Origin: Chloroflexota bacterium | Lineage (GTDB): Bacteria > Chloroflexota > UBA11872 > VXOZ01 | Direction: 5' to 3' | DNA length: 64,000 nt | Assembly (NCBI GenBank): GCA_965220045.1 | Contig: OZ244803.1 | Coordinates: 1,601,585-1,665,584, forward strand | Part shown: one piece after another, positions 9,052 through 18,188 of the stretch | Layout of the letters: each line of letters begins with the position of its first letter | Numbering within the stretch: position 1 is the first letter of the stretch | Made by a program: the position numbers and the translations under genes | Notes under the pieces: generated by a model | The model's input: the letters and a program-made list of their open reading frames with translations, nothing else | Databases searched by the model: none | Told to the model about the DNA's origin: nothing

Positions 9052-9825
9052 ATGCGCAAAAACCCTGTTAAGAACCTCCTCAAGGCGGGTAAGCCCGCTA
9101 TCGGCACCTGGCTTACTCTTGGCGATCCTCTGGCAACGGAATCTTTGGCGCACCTGGACTTCGACTGGCTCAACGTCGATATGGAGCACGGATCCATCGA
9201 CGTGCGGGAAACCCGGGCACTCTTCCAGGTTATCAACACGACCGACGTCGTACCCACGGCGCGCGTGCCCTGGAACGATCACGTGTGGATCAAGCGTGTG
9301 CTCGATGCCGGCGCATACGGCGTGGTGGTGCCGATGGTGCGCACGCGCGAGGAAGCCGAGCGCGCCGTGGCCGCCTGCCGCTATCCGCCCGACGGCATTC
9401 GCAGCATTGGCAGCGGACGCAATCACTATGCCTTTCGCGGCACGCAGGCCGACTATCTTGCCCGTGCTAACGATGAGCTTCTCGTCATCATCCAGATCGA
9501 GCACGCTGATGCCATCCGGCAACTCGACGACATCCTCAGCGTGCCCGGCATCGACGCGGCCTTCATCGGCCCCAATGACCTCTGCGCCTCCATGGGCATC
9601 CCGCCCAGCACCGATAGCGAGCATCCTGACTTTGAGTCTGCTGTCAGCCAGGTTGTCACCTCTAGCCGCAAACATGGCGTCGCGCCGGGCATCCACACGA
9701 GTTCGGGTGAGGCGCTGACCAGGCGGCTCGAGCAGGGCTTTCGCTACCTGGGCCTTGCCAACGATCAGCGCCTGCTCATCAAGGGCGCAACCGAAGAGTT
9801 AGCCGTCATTCGGCGTGAACCGTAA
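9052..9825 (+). CDS. HpcH/HpaI-family aldolase (2-keto-3-deoxy-sugar acid / 2,4-dihydroxyhept-2-enedioate aldolase-like)
   Basis: Full-length similarity pattern to class II HpcH aldolases: KAGKPAIGTWLTLGDP...DFDWLNVDMEHG...GAYGVVVPMVRTREEAE...CRYPPDGIRSIG. ATG with upstream GAGG. Confidence 0.75.
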   Translation: MRKNPVKNLLKAGKPAIGTWLTLGDPLATESLAHLDFDWLNVDMEHGSIDVRETRALFQVINTTDVVPTARVPWNDHVWIKRVLDAGAYGVVVPMVRTREEAERAVAACRYPPDGIRSIGSGRNHYAFRGTQADYLARANDELLVIIQIEHADAIRQLDDILSVPGIDAAFIGPNDLCASMGIPPSTDSEHPDFESAVSQVVTSSRKHGVAPGIHTSSGEALTRRLEQGFRYLGLANDQRLLIKGATEELAVIRREP

Positions 9826-9864
9826 ATGGTAACTTGCTTTGGAGGCCATTGCATAGCCAGGGTC

Positions 9865-9965
9865 GGAGGCGCAAAGTCCCCTTTCCATTGAGGGGACCTT
9901 TGCGTAATCCTTGCAACAGCGTGGTAGTCCCCTCTCCCTTGACGGGAGAGGGTTAGGGTGAGGGT
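9865..9965. repeat. Hairpin cluster downstream of the aldolase (family-C element; terminator-like)
   Basis: GCAAAGTCCCCTTTCCATTGAGGGGACCTTTGC and CCCTCTCCC-TTGAC-GGGAGAGGG inverted repeats, followed by GGGTTAGGGTGAGGGTG. A related inverted copy lies at about 62.94-63.01 kb and a CCCTTCTCCC-TGA-GGGAGAGG variant at about 22.80 kb. Confidence 0.5.
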
Positions 9966-10046
9966 GAATCTTCGTCAATTTGGAATGCGGCACACACAGG
10001 CATCACCGCGTAGGCGCGCAAACGGCTTAGCTGAGGATAACGATTG

Positions 10047-11921
10047 ATGATTGTTGGCATTGCCAAAGGCCCCGGCGACACACCGAACGAATACACATTC
10101 GTCACGCCCGATACCGAGCGGCGCGTAAAGACGAGCGAATTCGTCTATTACGAAGCGGATGTCGACGGCACCCAGCGGCAGATCTTGGGCCGCGTGATTC
10201 GGCGCATCCCGTTGCGACTCTACCCAGATTCATTTCTGGCGCACCCGGAAGTGGACCCGGCGCAGATGGCGGCAATGGTTGGCTACTACCAGAAGAGTGT
10301 ACCAACCGGGGAAGCTTGGGATGACGCGAACGAGGAGTCCGCCGAGCTCTTCGAAATCCATGTCAGCATCATGGGCTATCACGATGCGCAATTGAGCGCC
10401 TTCGTCAACCCACGCATTCCCCCGCGCATCGGTTGGAAAATCTACCTTGCTCCTGACAACGCGTTGGCGGAGGTGCTGAACCGCGTCGCCTTCGACTGGG
10501 ACAATGCCGAAGCGCAATCGGGTGGAGCATTTGTAGGCTCGCTGTTGTCACGTCCTGCCTTCAATCCGCGAGCGGACCAACCCGACGGTGTCCCTGTGGT
10601 CCTGGACGTCCGCTCTATCACGGCAACTCACATGGCCATCATCGCCGGCACCGGCGCGGGCAAGAGTTACTTGGCCTCGGTGCTCATTGAAGAGATGATG
10701 AAACCCATCAACCGCGCCAGTATCTTGGTAATCGATCCTCACGGCGAATACGACACACTCGAAGAGATCCGCAATGCTGGTGAGTTTGCCAGCAGCGACG
10801 GCTACAAGGCAGCAGTGAAGACCGTGCCCCAGGACCAGGTGAAGATCCGCGTCTCCGATCTCACGTTTAACGACATGCGCTTCTTGCTTGGGGCACAGTT
10901 CGGCCTCTCAGGACCTATGGAGTACGTGCTGCGAGTGGCGATGGACCGGGTAGAAGGCGAGCGCAAGGACAAGACTGCCTGGACGACGAACGATCTCTAC
11001 GCGGCATTGGCCTACATGCAGGGCGGCGAGGAAGAGCCGCAAGCGGAGGATATCCGTCATTCCCGCGCAAGCGGGAATCCATCCTCAGACGCTGCCGATC
11101 TTGGTTGGCTCGATGATGCTGGCAAGACCGAGACGCAGACTTCGAGTGCCAAGCCTGATTTCCAAATGCGCGGCAGCGCGCGGGCATTGGACTGGCGGCT
11201 CAAGAGTCTCTTTGCCGAGTCACCGAATTTCGATAACATCGAGTCCATCAACCTCCACGATGTCTTTCGACCTGGGCTATGCTCGGTCTTACAGCTCAAC
11301 GAGATCGACCGCCGCCAGCAGCAAGTGATTGTGGCGGTGCTCCTGCGCATGGTCTGGAAGGCGCGCATGAACGCCGCGAAGGGCATCGGCTCCCCACTGG
11401 ACCGGCTCGACTATCCGGTATTCATCTTGCTCGAAGAGGCCCATCACTTCGCGCCGGCAAACGAAGATGTGGTCACTACCAACATTCTGAAGACAATTCT
11501 CGCTGAGGGTCGCAAGTTCGGTGTCGGTGTCGGCCTGATCAGCCAGCGTCCGGGCAAGCTCGACTCCGACGTGCTCTCCCAGTGCATGACGCAATTCCTG
11601 CTGCGCATCGTCAACGAATACGATCAAAGCAGCGTGGCTGCCTCCGTGGAGAGCGCTAGCCATGACCTGCTGGCAGAACTGCCCGCACTATCGAAGGGCC
11701 AAGCAATCGTGGCCGGAGCCGCGGTAAACACGCCGCTCTCCATTCGTGTCAGGCAGAGGATTACGCGCCACGGCGGTGTAGAGCCCGACGCTCCAAGTGA
11801 GTGGGCGCAGTACTTCTCCGCTGAGGCGCGCCGCCGCCGGGAAGTGGACAATTCAGGACTGCCCGCTGGCCCGCCTCGCGGTCGGAGCAATATTCTGCGT
11901 AAGAGCGGAAACGGTCGCTAA
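10047..11921 (+). CDS. herA: HerA-like FtsK/HerA-superfamily ATPase/helicase (DUF87-type)
   Basis: Walker A HMAIIAGTGAGKSYLAS. Conserved acidic motifs LVIDPHGEY and FILLEEAHHFAP (Walker B). GLISQRPGKLD (arginine finger region). N-terminal barrel-like domain. ATG at 10047 is preceded by GAGGAT; the track start at 10044 is TTG. Confidence 0.75.
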   Translation: MIVGIAKGPGDTPNEYTFVTPDTERRVKTSEFVYYEADVDGTQRQILGRVIRRIPLRLYPDSFLAHPEVDPAQMAAMVGYYQKSVPTGEAWDDANEESAELFEIHVSIMGYHDAQLSAFVNPRIPPRIGWKIYLAPDNALAEVLNRVAFDWDNAEAQSGGAFVGSLLSRPAFNPRADQPDGVPVVLDVRSITATHMAIIAGTGAGKSYLASVLIEEMMKPINRASILVIDPHGEYDTLEEIRNAGEFASSDGYKAAVKTVPQDQVKIRVSDLTFNDMRFLLGAQFGLSGPMEYVLRVAMDRVEGERKDKTAWTTNDLYAALAYMQGGEEEPQAEDIRHSRASGNPSSDAADLGWLDDAGKTETQTSSAKPDFQMRGSARALDWRLKSLFAESPNFDNIESINLHDVFRPGLCSVLQLNEIDRRQQQVIVAVLLRMVWKARMNAAKGIGSPLDRLDYPVFILLEEAHHFAPANEDVVTTNILKTILAEGRKFGVGVGLISQRPGKLDSDVLSQCMTQFLLRIVNEYDQSSVAASVESASHDLLAELPALSKGQAIVAGAAVNTPLSIRVRQRITRHGGVEPDAPSEWAQYFSAEARRRREVDNSGLPAGPPRGRSNILRKSGNGR

Positions 11922-12014
11922 GCACGAGCCGCTGAGCCGTACCATACACTTCTGAAGCGTTTGCCGCCAAGATCACGCGCCATACCACATGGCTGCAGAA
12001 CAGGATTCACTCCC

Positions 12015-13070
12015 ATGCCCTTCAACTATGAATACACGCGCCACATACGCGCAGGCTTCATTGGCTGCGGCAAGCACGCCTACCAGAGTATCCTGCCCAG
12101 TTTTCAATTCGCCCCGGTAGAGTTGGTCGCCGTCTGCGACCTTATAGCAGAACGCGCCCGGTTTTGCGCGCGGCAGTTCGGTGCCCTGCGGTCGTACACC
12201 GACTATGCCGAAATGCTGGCCCAGGAAGAGCTGGACGCGGTCTTCGTGGTGCTCAATCACGATGCGCGGGGACGCCCCCAGTACGCGCCGGTGGCAATCG
12301 ACGTCCTGCGCGCGGGCGTTCACGTCTGGATTGAGAAACCGCCGGCTTCTACCCTGGCAGAGATCGAGGACATGCAAGCGGCACGGGACGAGGCGCAACG
12401 CTTCGTCCAGGTGGGCTTCAAGAAACCATTCTATCCCGCCATCCAGCACGCAAAGCAGTTGATGGCCCAACCGGAATTTGGCGCGCCCACGTCGGCGTAC
12501 GTCCATTATGCCGTGGACCTGCCGCCAGTCGCGGGACGCCCCCACAGTCCCGAGATGATGCGCTTCCTCCAAATCGGCTGCCATCCACTCTCGATCCTGC
12601 AATACCTGCTTGGTCCGGCACACACGCTCTACTTTGCCGATGAAGCGCGGTGGGGCAGTTCGCTCGGCGTCTTCACGTTTGCCAACGGCAGCATCGGCTG
12701 CCTGCATCAGGCCGCAGGAAAGGGAGAGAACGCGCCTTGGGACCGCGTGGAGGTGAACGGCGAAGGCGCCTCGCTGGTCGTCGAAAACGGCGTCGACCTC
12801 ACGTACTACCCACCGGGCGCGCCGCGTTCGCGGGAGTCCTTCGTCAGCGCTGACGCCAGCGCGCCGCGCCGCTGGCAGCCCGACTTCTCCCACGGACGCC
12901 TGGCCAACAAGGGCCTCTTTCTTCTGGGCTACGCCCCCGAAATCATCGCCTTTGCCGAAAGCGTGCTCAACGATACACCACCCACCACGGCCACCCTTGA
13001 AGACGCCCACGACGTGATCCGCATGTACCTCGGCTACACGCAGCCGGCCGGACAGGTCATAGCCCTTTAG
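12015..13070 (+). CDS. Gfo/Idh/MocA-family NAD(P)-dependent oxidoreductase
   Basis: N-terminal Rossmann region IRAGFIGCGKHAY and the family's EKP motif (VHVWIEKPPASTLAE). Internal ATG start chosen; the upstream track extension lacks coding support. Confidence 0.65.
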   Translation: MPFNYEYTRHIRAGFIGCGKHAYQSILPSFQFAPVELVAVCDLIAERARFCARQFGALRSYTDYAEMLAQEELDAVFVVLNHDARGRPQYAPVAIDVLRAGVHVWIEKPPASTLAEIEDMQAARDEAQRFVQVGFKKPFYPAIQHAKQLMAQPEFGAPTSAYVHYAVDLPPVAGRPHSPEMMRFLQIGCHPLSILQYLLGPAHTLYFADEARWGSSLGVFTFANGSIGCLHQAAGKGENAPWDRVEVNGEGASLVVENGVDLTYYPPGAPRSRESFVSADASAPRRWQPDFSHGRLANKGLFLLGYAPEIIAFAESVLNDTPPTTATLEDAHDVIRMYLGYTQPAGQVIAL

Positions 13071-13184
13071 GTTCCCCAGTGCAAGGGTTGCTTTCAGACA
13101 CTATGTGGATGCCGCAACGCACGAACGTATCGCCAAAGCATGGCAAAGTTGACGCTCTCTTTGTGCTGGATGCCAGTGTCGCCC

Positions 13185-13372
13185 ACCTCTTGTAGCGCAG
13201 GGGCTTGTCCCCCCGCCTCTTCTATTCCCCCTTGGCTTAGACCAATGGTGAGCTCAGAAAACGGCCGAACTGTGACAAGGAATTCCACACCCCGTTCACC
13301 CTGAGCCTGCCTGTCCTGAGCTAGTCGAAGGGTCGAAGAGCGTACACGGTTCGACAAGCTCACCGCGAACGG
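13185..13372. repeat. Composite repeat region between convergent genes: a family-B copy (GTAGCGCAGGGGCTTGTCCCCCCGC) plus a family-A copy
   Basis: The same sequence modules recur at 36.0/36.2 kb (family B) and at the family-A sites. Confidence 0.6.
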
Positions 13373-13408
13373 AAAATAAGTACGGAAACGAGAAAAACCC
13401 ACACGTCC

Positions 13409-14368
13409 TCAAACAGGCGGTGGAATCGGCGGCAGGTCGTAGTCGCGGGCTTCTAAAGCCATAATCTCCGCCATCTCCTCTGCGGTTATGGGATTTCCCC
13501 CGGACGCCCGCACATTGTCCTCAACCTCGGCAACCGTCATGGCTCCAGGAATGACCCCATGCACACCGGGTGTCGCGAGCACAAATTGCAGCGCAGCTTG
13601 CGTCATGGTTCTCTCTTTTATAAGAAAATCCAGTTTCTCTACCCGCGTGAGCACAGCGTCAATGAAGTCTGCCCTAAACTTGCGCCGGTCGTCATGATCG
13701 TCAAAGACCGTCTTGCGCGTAATCGCACCGGTGAGAAAGCCGAAGTAAAAGTTCTCCCGCGCGATTACTCCCACGTCTCTTGCCACAGCTAATGGGAAGA
13801 GCTCCTGCGACGGCAGTGTGTACAGCAGCCGATAGGCCTGCTGAATGACATCCACGTCGCCCTGCTCGATGAGACGCATTGCCATCGGTATGCCCTCGTC
13901 CACCGACATGACGGAAAACCCCGTTGCCCGGATCTTGCCCTGCTCCTTCAAGCGTACGAGCGCCTCCAGCCCGTCGTCGCGGTAGAGATCCTCATCGGGA
14001 CTATGGAGGAAGTAGATGTCGAGATAGTCCGTGCGCAGGCGGCGCAGGCTCTCCTCGACTTCGCGCATGACCGTGGCCCCGGAGTAGTCGAAACTCGTGC
14101 GGCCGCCGGGAAACATGCCTACCTTCGTCGCCAGCACGACCTCGTGCCGCCGTCCCGCAATGGCCTTTCCCACAACCTCTTCACTGCGGCCGTTACCATA
14201 GACTGGCGCGGTATCGATGTGATTGACGCCCAGCTCCAGCGCCCGCAGGACCGCCCGCTCTGACTCCTCATCGTCCGCGTAACCGTAGCGGTCGCCGCCC
14301 ATCCCCCATGTGCCCAACCCCACCTCCGAGATGCGTATGCCTGTTCTCCCCAGAGTCCGGTAACGCAC
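13409..14368 (-). CDS. Aldo/keto reductase family oxidoreductase
   Basis: N-terminal MRYRTLGRTGIRISEVGLGTWGMGG...LELGVNHIDTAPVYGNGRSEE is the classic AKR signature. GTG start with GGGAGG RBS. Confidence 0.8.
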   Translation of the reverse strand: MRYRTLGRTGIRISEVGLGTWGMGGDRYGYADDEESERAVLRALELGVNHIDTAPVYGNGRSEEVVGKAIAGRRHEVVLATKVGMFPGGRTSFDYSGATVMREVEESLRRLRTDYLDIYFLHSPDEDLYRDDGLEALVRLKEQGKIRATGFSVMSVDEGIPMAMRLIEQGDVDVIQQAYRLLYTLPSQELFPLAVARDVGVIARENFYFGFLTGAITRKTVFDDHDDRRKFRADFIDAVLTRVEKLDFLIKERTMTQAALQFVLATPGVHGVIPGAMTVAEVEDNVRASGGNPITAEEMAEIMALEARDYDLPPIPPPV

Positions 14369-14591
14369 GAGTCAACCTCCCTGTCCCATATGCATCATTT
14401 CGCTTATTCTGAGACATCGAGTACCTGCAGTCCATCACCCACCCGTACAGACGTGGCGGCAGCAACCGAAGATGGCCGATTGCAGTCCGACCGTGACCCG
14501 CCAATCCAAATGTGCATTCGACAGATGGCCGGGATTTCCGGTATTCTGTTGCTGGTTTTTGTAACACTTAACAGTCTGGCTCTTACCTGAA

Positions 14592-15725
14592 ATGAAGATT
14601 CACGAGTATCAAGCAAAAGAGATTCTAGCAAAGTACGGCTTGCCTATTCCGCCCGGGCACGTCGTCACCACGCCGGATGGGGCACGGGCAGCGGCGGCCC
14701 AGATTGGTGGCACTGTGGTCGTCAAAGCGCAGGTACTGGTAGGCGGGCGCGGCAAGGCCGGCGGCGTGAAGCTGGCCGCCACACCGGACGAGGCTGCCGA
14801 AGAGGCGGCGGACATTCTGGGCATGGACATCAAGGGCATCACCGTACAGCGGGTATTGGTAGCGCAGGCGGTGGACATTGCCACGGAGATCTATCTCGGC
14901 GTAATACTCGACAGGACATCCAAAGCCATTACCATCATGGCCAGTGCTGAAGGCGGTGTGGAGATTGAGGAAGTCGCTCGCGAGACGCCGAAGAAGATTC
15001 ATCGCGTGCACGTACATCCGTTGGCAGGATACGCCGACTACCAGGGCCGCCAATTGGCCTTCGACATCGGCATACCGCCGGATCTCAGCCGAGACTTTGC
15101 GCGCATCGTCCGTACGCTTGTCCAAGCCCTCACGGAGAACGACGGCGAATTGGTGGAAATCAACCCGCTAGTCATCACCGAGGACGGCACGATCCAGTGC
15201 ATCGACGCTAAGATCAACCTCGACGACAACGCGCTCTACCGCCACAAGGATCTGGCGGAACTGCGCGACCATGCTGAAGAAGAACCCGCCGAACGCGCGG
15301 CCCGCGAGGCGGGACTCTCATTTGTTAAGCTCGACGGCACCATCGGTTGCGTCGTCAACGGCGCCGGCCTCGCCATGGCAACCATGGATACCATCAAGCT
15401 AAGCGGTGGCAGCCCGGCCAATTTTCTGGACATTGGGGGCGGCGCCCGCGCGGAGAGCGTCGAGAACGCGCTGCGCATCATTCTCGACGACGAAAACGTG
15501 AACGCCGTCCTCTTCAACATCTTCGGCGGCATCACCCGCTGCGATGAAGTAGCGCGCGGTATCGTCAGCGCCTTGCCCTCGCTCCCCCGCCGGGTCCCGA
15601 TGGTGGTGCGCCTTGTCGGTACGAATCAGGAAGAGGGACGCGCCATCCTGCAGGAAGCGGGGCTTGTTGCTGCGGATTCCATGCAAGCCGCATCGCAAGA
15701 GGTAGTAAGGGTGGCTGACGCATGA
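14592..15725 (+). CDS. sucC: Succinate--CoA ligase (ADP-forming) beta subunit
   Basis: [12 protein letters not shown]...[21 protein letters not shown]-grasp N-terminus. Its stop overlaps the sucD start (ATGA). Confidence 0.9.
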   Translation: MKIHEYQAKEILAKYGLPIPPGHVVTTPDGARAAAAQIGGTVVVKAQVLVGGRGKAGGVKLAATPDEAAEEAADILGMDIKGITVQRVLVAQAVDIATEIYLGVILDRTSKAITIMASAEGGVEIEEVARETPKKIHRVHVHPLAGYADYQGRQLAFDIGIPPDLSRDFARIVRTLVQALTENDGELVEINPLVITEDGTIQCIDAKINLDDNALYRHKDLAELRDHAEEEPAERAAREAGLSFVKLDGTIGCVVNGAGLAMATMDTIKLSGGSPANFLDIGGGARAESVENALRIILDDENVNAVLFNIFGGITRCDEVARGIVSALPSLPRRVPMVVRLVGTNQEEGRAILQEAGLVAADSMQAASQEVVRVADA

Positions 15726-16594
15726 GCATCCTCGTAGATGAAAACACGCGCTTGCTCGTCCAAGGCATCACCGGCCGCGAAGGCACGTTCCACACGGAAC
15801 AGATGGTGCACTACGGTACGAACGTGGTAGCCGGTGTGACGCCGGGCCGCGGCGGACAGGAGGCGTGCGGCGCGCCGGTGTTCAATACCGTTGCGCAGGC
15901 GGTGCGCGAGACCGGCGCAAATGTCTCGATCATCTTTGTGCCGGGTCCTTTTGCCCCTGATGCTGTTATCGAAGCCGTAGACGCCGGCATTCCCCTCGTG
16001 GTCTGCATCAGCGAGCACATCCCCGTGCAGGACATGCTGCGCGTGTATCATTATGTAAATATAAAGGGCGCGCGATTACAAGGACCGAACTGCCCCGGCC
16101 TCATTTCGCCGGGCAAGGCCAAAGTGGGCATTATGGCGGGCGACATTCATATCCCCGGTCCCGTGGGCGTGGTCAGCCGCTCCGGCACTCTCACATACGA
16201 AGTCGTTTCTCACCTCACGGGACAGGGCGTGGGACAGTCCACCGTCGTCGGCATTGGCGGCGATCCGGTCATCGGCACCGGCTTCATTGACGTGCTGCGC
16301 ATGTTCGAGCAGGACCCTGAAACGGAAGCGGTAGTCATGATTGGTGAAATCGGTGGCACTGATGAGGAGGATGCCGCCGCTTTCATCAAGGCGCACATGA
16401 CCAAGCCCGTCGTTGGCTTCATCGCCGGACGCACCGCTCCTCCCGAGAAACGCATGGGACACGCCGGCGCTATCGTCTCCGGGGGCATCGGCACGGCCGA
16501 ATCCAAAATCGAGGCGCTCCAGGCAGCAGGCGTGCACGTCGCAGACTTCCCCCGCGAAGCGGCGCTGCTGGCAGCCGAGCGCACTTCGTCTTAA
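15722..16594 (+). CDS. sucD: Succinate--CoA ligase alpha subunit
   Basis: [16 protein letters not shown]...[10 protein letters not shown]...[11 protein letters not shown]...active-site His region [11 protein letters not shown]. Confidence 0.9.
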   Translation: MSILVDENTRLLVQGITGREGTFHTEQMVHYGTNVVAGVTPGRGGQEACGAPVFNTVAQAVRETGANVSIIFVPGPFAPDAVIEAVDAGIPLVVCISEHIPVQDMLRVYHYVNIKGARLQGPNCPGLISPGKAKVGIMAGDIHIPGPVGVVSRSGTLTYEVVSHLTGQGVGQSTVVGIGGDPVIGTGFIDVLRMFEQDPETEAVVMIGEIGGTDEEDAAAFIKAHMTKPVVGFIAGRTAPPEKRMGHAGAIVSGGIGTAESKIEALQAAGVHVADFPREAALLAAERTSS

Positions 16595-16633
16595 GCATGG
16601 GAAAATATAACGTAGCGTAAGGGGAGAAGAGCG

Positions 16634-17947
16634 ATGGCACTCTCAATCGGCGCGGCGCAACGCAACATCTCACCGCCCTTGGGCACGCACATGGCCGGGT
16701 ATTACCACGTACGCCCTGCCAGCGCAATTCATGACGACCTCTTTGCGCGAGCAATGGTGATCGACGACGGTACCACCACAATCGCGCTAGTCACGTGCGA
16801 TCTGGTGTCTATCCGTGAAGAGAGCGTTATCAACGCGCGGGAGCAGGTGGCGGAAAATTCCGACATCCCCGGCGGCAATGTGCTCATCTGCTGCACCCAT
16901 ACCCACACCGGGCCCATCACACGCGGCGACCGCAGTTCAGCAACGTTTGGCAGCATGAGCGACTCGTACATGGAAACTTTGGAGAAGCAGATTGCCGCGG
17001 CGGTGACGGAGGCCTGGGAGACCCGCACGCCGGGCACGCTGCGAATCGGCAAGTCGCAAGAGACCCGCATCGCATTCAACCGCCGCTTTCACATGCGCGA
17101 CGGCAGCGTGAAGACCAACCCGGGCAAGAACAATCCCGATGTCATACGACCGGTTGGCCCCATCGACCCCGACGTCTATGTGCTTCTCGCGGAATCCGAC
17201 CAGGGAGATCCGATTGGCGTGCTCGTGAATTACTCCCTGCATGCGGACACGACCGGCGGCGACCAGATCTCTGCCGACTACTCCGGCTGGATGGAAAAGC
17301 ACCTCAGGAACATGTCGCCGGAGTTGGATGAAGCAGTGGTCCTCTATGCCAATGGCTATTGCGGCGATATCAACCACGTCAACGTAAACGATCCGGACCA
17401 ACTGAAGGGTTTTGAGGAGTCCGAACGCATTGGCCGCGCGCTTGCCGAAAGCGCCACGCAGTCACTCTCAAACTTGGAGCCGCTAGCAGGCGAAACCGTG
17501 CACGCATCCCAGCGCAGCGAGGCGCTGCCGGCCGTCGTGCCGACTGCGGAGGACATTGCCTGGGCACGAGAGGCGGTGGAGGCTTCTCCGCGGGGCGGCG
17601 GTCCCGGACGAGACGACTTGGTGAAGGCGCATCGCGACCTCGCGCTGCAGGAATTGAACAAACAACACTTCGATACGGAAGTGCAGGTGCTCTCCGTCGG
17701 CAACGTGGCAATTACGGCGCTGCCGGGCGAAATGTTCGTCGAGCTTGGGCTTTCCATCAAAGCACACTCGCCGTTTGAGCACAATCTGCTGGCGGAGCTT
17801 GCCAACGGCAATTTGGGCTATATCTGTACGGAAGCGGCGTATCCGCAGGGTGCCTACGAACCCACCTCGAGCCGCGTTTTGCCCGGCTCCGGGGAGCAAC
17901 TCGTACGCGCTGCGCTCGCTATGCAGCGGGAAATCGCCGGAGACTGA
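16634..17947 (+). CDS. Neutral/alkaline ceramidase-like hydrolase (N-terminal ceramidase_alk-type domain)
   Basis: ICCTHTHTGP motif matches the HTHSGP-type catalytic signature of neutral ceramidase-family hydrolases. About 437 aa with a GGGGAGAAG RBS. Confidence 0.5.
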   Translation: MALSIGAAQRNISPPLGTHMAGYYHVRPASAIHDDLFARAMVIDDGTTTIALVTCDLVSIREESVINAREQVAENSDIPGGNVLICCTHTHTGPITRGDRSSATFGSMSDSYMETLEKQIAAAVTEAWETRTPGTLRIGKSQETRIAFNRRFHMRDGSVKTNPGKNNPDVIRPVGPIDPDVYVLLAESDQGDPIGVLVNYSLHADTTGGDQISADYSGWMEKHLRNMSPELDEAVVLYANGYCGDINHVNVNDPDQLKGFEESERIGRALAESATQSLSNLEPLAGETVHASQRSEALPAVVPTAEDIAWAREAVEASPRGGGPGRDDLVKAHRDLALQELNKQHFDTEVQVLSVGNVAITALPGEMFVELGLSIKAHSPFEHNLLAELANGNLGYICTEAAYPQGAYEPTSSRVLPGSGEQLVRAALAMQREIAGD

Positions 17948-18039
17948 ATGACGATATACAGGGGCAGACAGCGTCCCGTGCAAGAGTAAATTTGCACACA
18001 CGCGTCGGCACGCAGAGCCCTGAATCTCGAGCCTGCTGT

Positions 18040-18080
18040 ATTGATATGCCCTGCTGGTGTATAATTGAGAAAGAATATAG
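18040..18080 (+). promoter_or_regulatory. Candidate sigma70-type promoter in an AT-rich island upstream of korA
   Basis: TTGATA...TGTATAATTGAG: a perfect -10 hexamer TATAAT in a locally AT-rich (about 45% GC) 240-bp intergenic region. The spacer to the candidate -35 is short, so the assignment is tentative. Confidence 0.3.
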
Positions 18081-18188
18081 AAAACTAATCTAGTGCTAAT
18101 GCACAGCGCTTATAGCGGCGTATCTTTCAATGGCGAAGCCGCTGTCGAAAAAACATGAGGTATCTACAGGAAGTAAAGTCTTAGATCT

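Noticed and set aside
8723-9052. Small RNA (tmRNA, RNase P, SRP, 6S) in the 330-bp gap upstream of the aldolase gene
   Set aside because: None of the universally conserved sequence signatures of these RNAs could be found by eye. Left unannotated pending a covariance-model scan.
10044-11921. Alternative reading of the HerA-like gene as a conjugative coupling/VirB4-type ATPase, making the region a mobile element
   Set aside because: No relaxase, integrase, T4SS or transposase genes anywhere in the window. The DPHGEY and EEAHHF acidic motifs and the adjacency to Mre11/Rad50/NurA-like genes favour HerA. Kept as the refutation criterion in the main finding.
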